64,000 nt of DNA, from NCBI GenBank assembly GCA_963797095.1, contig CAWCNY010000001.1:96001-160000 (forward strand), given 5' to 3'. Source of the stretch: an uncultured Chloroflexia bacterium (lineage in GTDB: Bacteria; Chloroflexota; Chloroflexia; QHBQ01; JADMIH01). Both the position numbers and the translations under genes were made by a program. Below are positions 59,758 through 64,000 of this stretch, piece after piece. Positions within the stretch are counted from its first letter, which is position 1; each line of letters starts with the position of its first letter. Below the pieces are notes generated by a model. The model did no database searches and was not told where the DNA came from. It saw only the letters and a list, made by a program, of their open reading frames with translations.

Positions 59758-62700
59758 GTGCCTGAATTGCCTGCTAGATCCGACCATACCGGTACATCCG
59801 CCGCGACAGAGGCGTCCGGTGCCCGCTCGGCCAGGCAGGCAGTGGAGTGGCACGCTATAGAGGCTGCCGAAGCCCTGCGAAAGCTGGAGAGCGAGCCGCA
59901 TCAGGGGCTAACCGAGGAGGAAGCCGGTCGCCGGCGCGCGGAACATGGGCCGAACGAACTGGTCGAGCGCGAGGGCAAGAGTCCGTGGCTCATGTTGTGG
60001 GAGGAGCTCACCGCCACCATGGTGCTCATTCTTATTGCCGCCGCTGCCGTATCGGGGCTGCTGGGCGACTACAAGGACGCTGGAGTGATCGCCGCTATCG
60101 TAGTGATAAACGCGCTGCTCGGCTTCAGCCAGGAGTACCGTGCCGAGAAGGCGGTGGCCGCGCTCAAGCGCCTGGCAGTGCCCATGGTGAGGGCGCGCCG
60201 AGGCGGCACGGTGCGGGAGATCCAGGCGAGAGAGCTGGTGCCCGGCGATATAGTGCTGCTGGAGGCAGGCGGGCTGGTGCCCGCCGATTGCCGTCTGCTG
60301 GAGAGCAACAGCCTACGCGCCCAGGAATCCGTGCTTACCGGCGAGTCCGAACCCGTGGAAAAGGTGGTCGAGCCGCTCCCTACGGATACGGGTGTAGATA
60401 TCCCCATCCCTGACAGGCTGAACATGGTGTACATGGGCACGGTCGTCACGTATGGTCGTGGGCTAGGGGTGATCACCGCGACGGGTATGGAGACCGAGCT
60501 TGGCAGGATCGCCTCTATGATTCAGGTCGTTCGGCGCGAAGCCACCCCCCTCCAGCGCAGGCTGGACCAGCTTGGGAAATGGTTGGTGCTTGCGGCTCTT
60601 GCCGTGGTCGCAGCGATTTTCGTGCTGGGCCTGCTGCGGGGCGAGGAGGCGCACCTGATGTTTCTCACCGCAGTGAGCATCGCGGTGGCCGCTGTGCCCG
60701 AGGGTCTTCCCGCTGTGGTAACGGTGGCGCTGGCGCTTGGCGCGCAGAGGATGCTGAAGCGCAACGCTCTCATCCGTAAGCTCCCAGCAGTCGAGACGCT
60801 AGGCTCGGTAACCGCCATTTGCTCCGACAAGACGGGCACTCTCACCGAGAACCGCATGACTGTGGTGGTGCTCGACGTGGCGGGCGACCATCTGGACTTA
60901 ACCGAAAATCAGAGTGGTGAGCAAGAATGGCAGGAGTGGCAGCAACAGGTATCTGAGCGGCCATCCCTGGCTCTCCTCGTTGCGGCGAGCGCGCTCTGTA
61001 GCGATGCCGAACTGAGGCCGGAACCGGGGGGCGAAGAGCCTGGCGCAATGCGCGCCATCGGCGACCCGACCGAGGGGGCTCTGGTGGTGGCCGCGGCCCG
61101 CCTGGGTCTTTCAAAAACAGCCCTGGAAGAGTTGCTCCCTCGCAAGGCCGAGATACCTTTCGACTCGCATCGCAAACGGATGACTACTCTGCATGAGCTT
61201 GCGCTCTCGCCCGGCGAAAACACCACGGGAGCTCGGATGCTCAAACCTCTCCGCGTGCTTATCACCATCCACGACGGTCGCAATAACGGCCGCCACCATA
61301 CAGCGAGCGCACACGAAGCCGAAAGCCCTACCCCTTATGTGGCGTTCACCAAAGGAGCAATCGACAGCCTGCTGGGCATCTCCACCAGGGTGTGGGTCGG
61401 GGATGGAGCAGTGACTTTGACCGATGATTGGCGCTTGAGGATAGTTGAGGCTCATGACCGCCTCGCAGGCAGCGGCAGACGCGTGCTGGGAGTGGCCGTC
61501 AGACCTGTTGATTCGCTTGCCGAGTGCGGCATAAGATCGGTGGGTGGAAGGGTGGAGGTAGCGGCGCCCGATTGCATGGAGTGCGACCTGATATTCCTGG
61601 GGCTGGTGGGGATGGTGGACCCTCCAAGGCCCGAGGTGAAGGAGGCGGTGCGGATATGCAAGGAGGCCGGGGTGCACGTATTTATGCTCACCGGCGACCA
61701 CCCTCTCACCGCCGAGTACATAGCTCAGCAGCTGGGCATAACGGGGATCGCCAGCGCTGTGCCGGGCGCCGATATTGGCGCGCATGAAAGCCCGCGCACG
61801 ATTGGTAATGTGGCCCTGGCTCAAACAAGTACTAGAGGCCCTGAGGGCACGGAGGGCAGCGGGAGCACCGGCAGAAGCACGGCGATTAACGCAGGCGCCG
61901 GGGGTCGCCTGGCAACCGGGCAAGACCTCAGCAATCTTACTGCGGACGATCTATCAGGGGTGGTCGAGCAGGTGCCGGTATACGCTCGAATCTCGCCTGA
62001 GCACAAACTCAGGATTGTTGAAGCGCTACAGAACCACGGGCAGATAGTGGCTATGACCGGGGACGGTGTAAACGATGCGCCCGCCTTGAGGAAAGCCGAT
62101 ATCGGAGTGGCGATGGGAGTTACGGGCACCGATGTGTGCAAAGAGACGGCCGATATGGTGTTGCTTGACGACAACTTCGCCACAATTGTGGCGGCGGTCA
62201 GGGAGGGGCGAGCCATATACGACAACATCCGCAAGTTTATACGGTACATCCTCACCGGCAACTCCGGCGAGTTGTGGGTGATGCTCCTCGCGCCGCTGAT
62301 AGGCATGCCTCTGCCTTTGCTTCCGCTGCAGATACTCTGGGTCAACCTGGTCACCGATGGGCTGCCCGCGCTCGCCCTCGGGGTGGAGCCCGCGGAGCAA
62401 GATGTCATGCGCCGCTCACCCTACCCGCCGAGCGAGAGCATTCTGAGCCGCGGGATGGGCTGGCAGATCCTGGGCAACGGGCTGCTGGTCGGGCTGGTGT
62501 CGCTAGGTGCCGGCTACTGGTACTGGCGAAGCGCACAACCCGAGTGGCAGACGATGACCTTTACCGTGCTCACCTTCGCGCAGCTGGCACTGGCGTTGGC
62601 GTTCCGCTCGGAGCGGTACTCCCTGTTTCGGATAGGGCTGTTTTCAAACATGCTGTTGCTCGCCGCAGTCGCGCTGACGTTTATCCTTCAGCTCGCGGTG

Positions 62701-62853
62701 GTGTACCTGCCGTTCCTCCAAGACCTGTTCGATAGTGTGCCGCTAAGCCCCCTTGAGCTGGCACTGTGTCTGCTGCTGGGGCTGGCCGTGTTCATCAGCG
62801 TAGAGATGGAGAAATGGCTGATGCGCAGGGCGCGAGTTCGCCAGGCACAATAA
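59758..62853 (+). CDS. Cation (Ca2+-type, P2A) transporting P-type ATPase
   Basis: [52 protein letters not shown]. Confidence 0.95.
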   Translation: MPELPARSDHTGTSAATEASGARSARQAVEWHAIEAAEALRKLESEPHQGLTEEEAGRRRAEHGPNELVEREGKSPWLMLWEELTATMVLILIAAAAVSGLLGDYKDAGVIAAIVVINALLGFSQEYRAEKAVAALKRLAVPMVRARRGGTVREIQARELVPGDIVLLEAGGLVPADCRLLESNSLRAQESVLTGESEPVEKVVEPLPTDTGVDIPIPDRLNMVYMGTVVTYGRGLGVITATGMETELGRIASMIQVVRREATPLQRRLDQLGKWLVLAALAVVAAIFVLGLLRGEEAHLMFLTAVSIAVAAVPEGLPAVVTVALALGAQRMLKRNALIRKLPAVETLGSVTAICSDKTGTLTENRMTVVVLDVAGDHLDLTENQSGEQEWQEWQQQVSERPSLALLVAASALCSDAELRPEPGGEEPGAMRAIGDPTEGALVVAAARLGLSKTALEELLPRKAEIPFDSHRKRMTTLHELALSPGENTTGARMLKPLRVLITIHDGRNNGRHHTASAHEAESPTPYVAFTKGAIDSLLGISTRVWVGDGAVTLTDDWRLRIVEAHDRLAGSGRRVLGVAVRPVDSLAECGIRSVGGRVEVAAPDCMECDLIFLGLVGMVDPPRPEVKEAVRICKEAGVHVFMLTGDHPLTAEYIAQQLGITGIASAVPGADIGAHESPRTIGNVALAQTSTRGPEGTEGSGSTGRSTAINAGAGGRLATGQDLSNLTADDLSGVVEQVPVYARISPEHKLRIVEALQNHGQIVAMTGDGVNDAPALRKADIGVAMGVTGTDVCKETADMVLLDDNFATIVAAVREGRAIYDNIRKFIRYILTGNSGELWVMLLAPLIGMPLPLLPLQILWVNLVTDGLPALALGVEPAEQDVMRRSPYPPSESILSRGMGWQILGNGLLVGLVSLGAGYWYWRSAQPEWQTMTFTVLTFAQLALALAFRSERYSLFRIGLFSNMLLLAAVALTFILQLAVVYLPFLQDLFDSVPLSPLELALCLLLGLAVFISVEMEKWLMRRARVRQAQ

Positions 62854-62894
62854 GGGCGAAAAGGGCGAAAAGCACTAGAGGAAATGGTATCCGG

Positions 62895-63400
62895 ATGATT
62901 GTTTGGCTCGAATTCCTCCTCTGTACAGCCGTCGTAGTGGTTGCGGTCAGTATGCTTTGGCGATACGGTGATGTTATCGCCGAGAAGAGCGGGCTGGGCA
63001 GGATATGGGTAGGGGTGCTGCTCATAGCTTCAGTTACCTCACTTCCCGGATTGATCAGGGGCATAAGCTCGGCCGACATGTTCGACCTGCCCGATATGGC
63101 AGCGGGTGGCGTGCCGGGCAGCAAGTTGTTCAACGTTGCGATAGTTGGGATAGAGGACATGGTGTACTTGAAAGGTGCTGTGGTCCAGTAGATAATAAAC
63201 CAGAGCCACGCGGTGACGGCAATGGCCGCCATGATGATGACCGCCATCGTGATTCCAGGGCTGATCTACAGGAGGAGTGGCAGGGTGCTCGTGATTGACT
63301 GGGAGTGGTTGGGAATGGCTCCGAGTTCCGAGTTTTGGCCAATGTCGTGTTGCTAGTGGCGGAGTGAGACGTGGCCCGGCTGTGACCTGCTGGAAGGAAG
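62895..63400 (+). pseudogene. Decayed sodium:calcium exchanger family gene
   Basis: YGDVIAEKSGLG..WVGVLL.A.VTSLPG (normally TSLPE), degenerate G..GSxLFN; premature stop at 63191 and apparent internal deletion. Confidence 0.75.
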
Positions 63401-63405
63401 CGCAT

Positions 63406-64000
63406 ATGCCCGCATTTGAGATGGTGATTATCGTGCTGCTGATGCTCGCTAACGGCTTCTTCGCCACCTCGGAGATAGCAGTGGTATCGGCTCGCAAAGG
63501 GAGATCTCGGCAGCGCGCCGAAGAGGGACACCGGGGGCGGCGCTAGCTCTGGATCTTGCGGCCAACCCCAATCGCTTTCTCTCCACGGTGCAGGTCGGTA
63601 TAACTCTGATAAGCACTTTTGCCGCCGCGTTCGGTGGCGAGAGCCTGGCCGAGGAGTTGGAGAGTACGCCTAACACGGTGCCTGTCTTGGCGCCATATGC
63701 AGGTGGCATAGCGCTGGTAGTGGTGGTTGCATTCATATCCTATCTGTCACTCATCCTGGGCGAGCTTGTGCCGAAGAGGCTGGCTCTGCAGAACGCCGAG
63801 GGGGTAGCCTCAGCCATAGCTCCCGTGATGCGTTTCGTGTCCCGGGTAGCCGGGCCGGTTGTTGGCTTTCTGAGCCTCTCGACTGAAGTGGTCTTGTGGG
63901 TATTACATGGCCGCAATGTCGAGGAAATTCGCGTCGGCGAGGAGGATGTGATCGCATTGGCTCGCGAGGGAGTGGCAGCGGGTACGCTGGAGGCTACCGA
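63406..64000 (+). pseudogene. Hemolysin/CNNM (DUF21-CBS, HlyC/CorC) family gene, frameshift near 63535, runs off the window
   Basis: LMLANGFFATSEIAVVSARK; shifted frame continues AALALDLAANPNRFLSTVQVGIT...GELVPKRLAL; one G missing in a G run. Confidence 0.85.

Overview
Bacterial chromosomal window, most likely Chloroflexota. This is inferred from the SLH-repeat motif '[21 protein letters not shown]', FPETG/HGGLAQQGYPIS repeats and STAND regulators. Positions 1-17 kb are mostly housekeeping: IscA/HesB, a carotenoid glycoside-ester cluster, a HAD phosphatase, a macrodomain protein, YihY, an M20 peptidase, tRNA-Val(GAC), GAF-HD-GYP, HtrA, panD and a trans-sulfuration enzyme. This part also holds an unannotated, highly structured ~300-nt candidate ncRNA with its own perfect sigma70 promoter and terminator (13352-13648, minus strand). 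Positions 17-35 kb are accessory: a VapBC-type TA pair, a truncated integrase chimera, a SARP/BTAD-STAND regulator facing a SnoaL/ABM/cupredoxin operon, and a STAND adenylate cyclase. Positions 35-47.5 kb are a nurA - HAS-barrel - herA operon opened by cargo genes. Two diverged copies of the nurA 3' end separate the cargo, and an IS701-family element (18-bp TIRs, 7-bp TSD) disrupts a PIN-domain gene. Positions 47.7-51.7 kb are housekeeping (methyltransferases, dehydrogenase, rsmI, second YihY). Positions 51.8-64 kb are a decaying island: GT4, USP-GpgS, bacterioferritin, Ca2+ P-type ATPase, Na/Ca exchanger and a CNNM/hemolysin gene. All calls come from motif recognition by eye; no database searches or folding programs were run.
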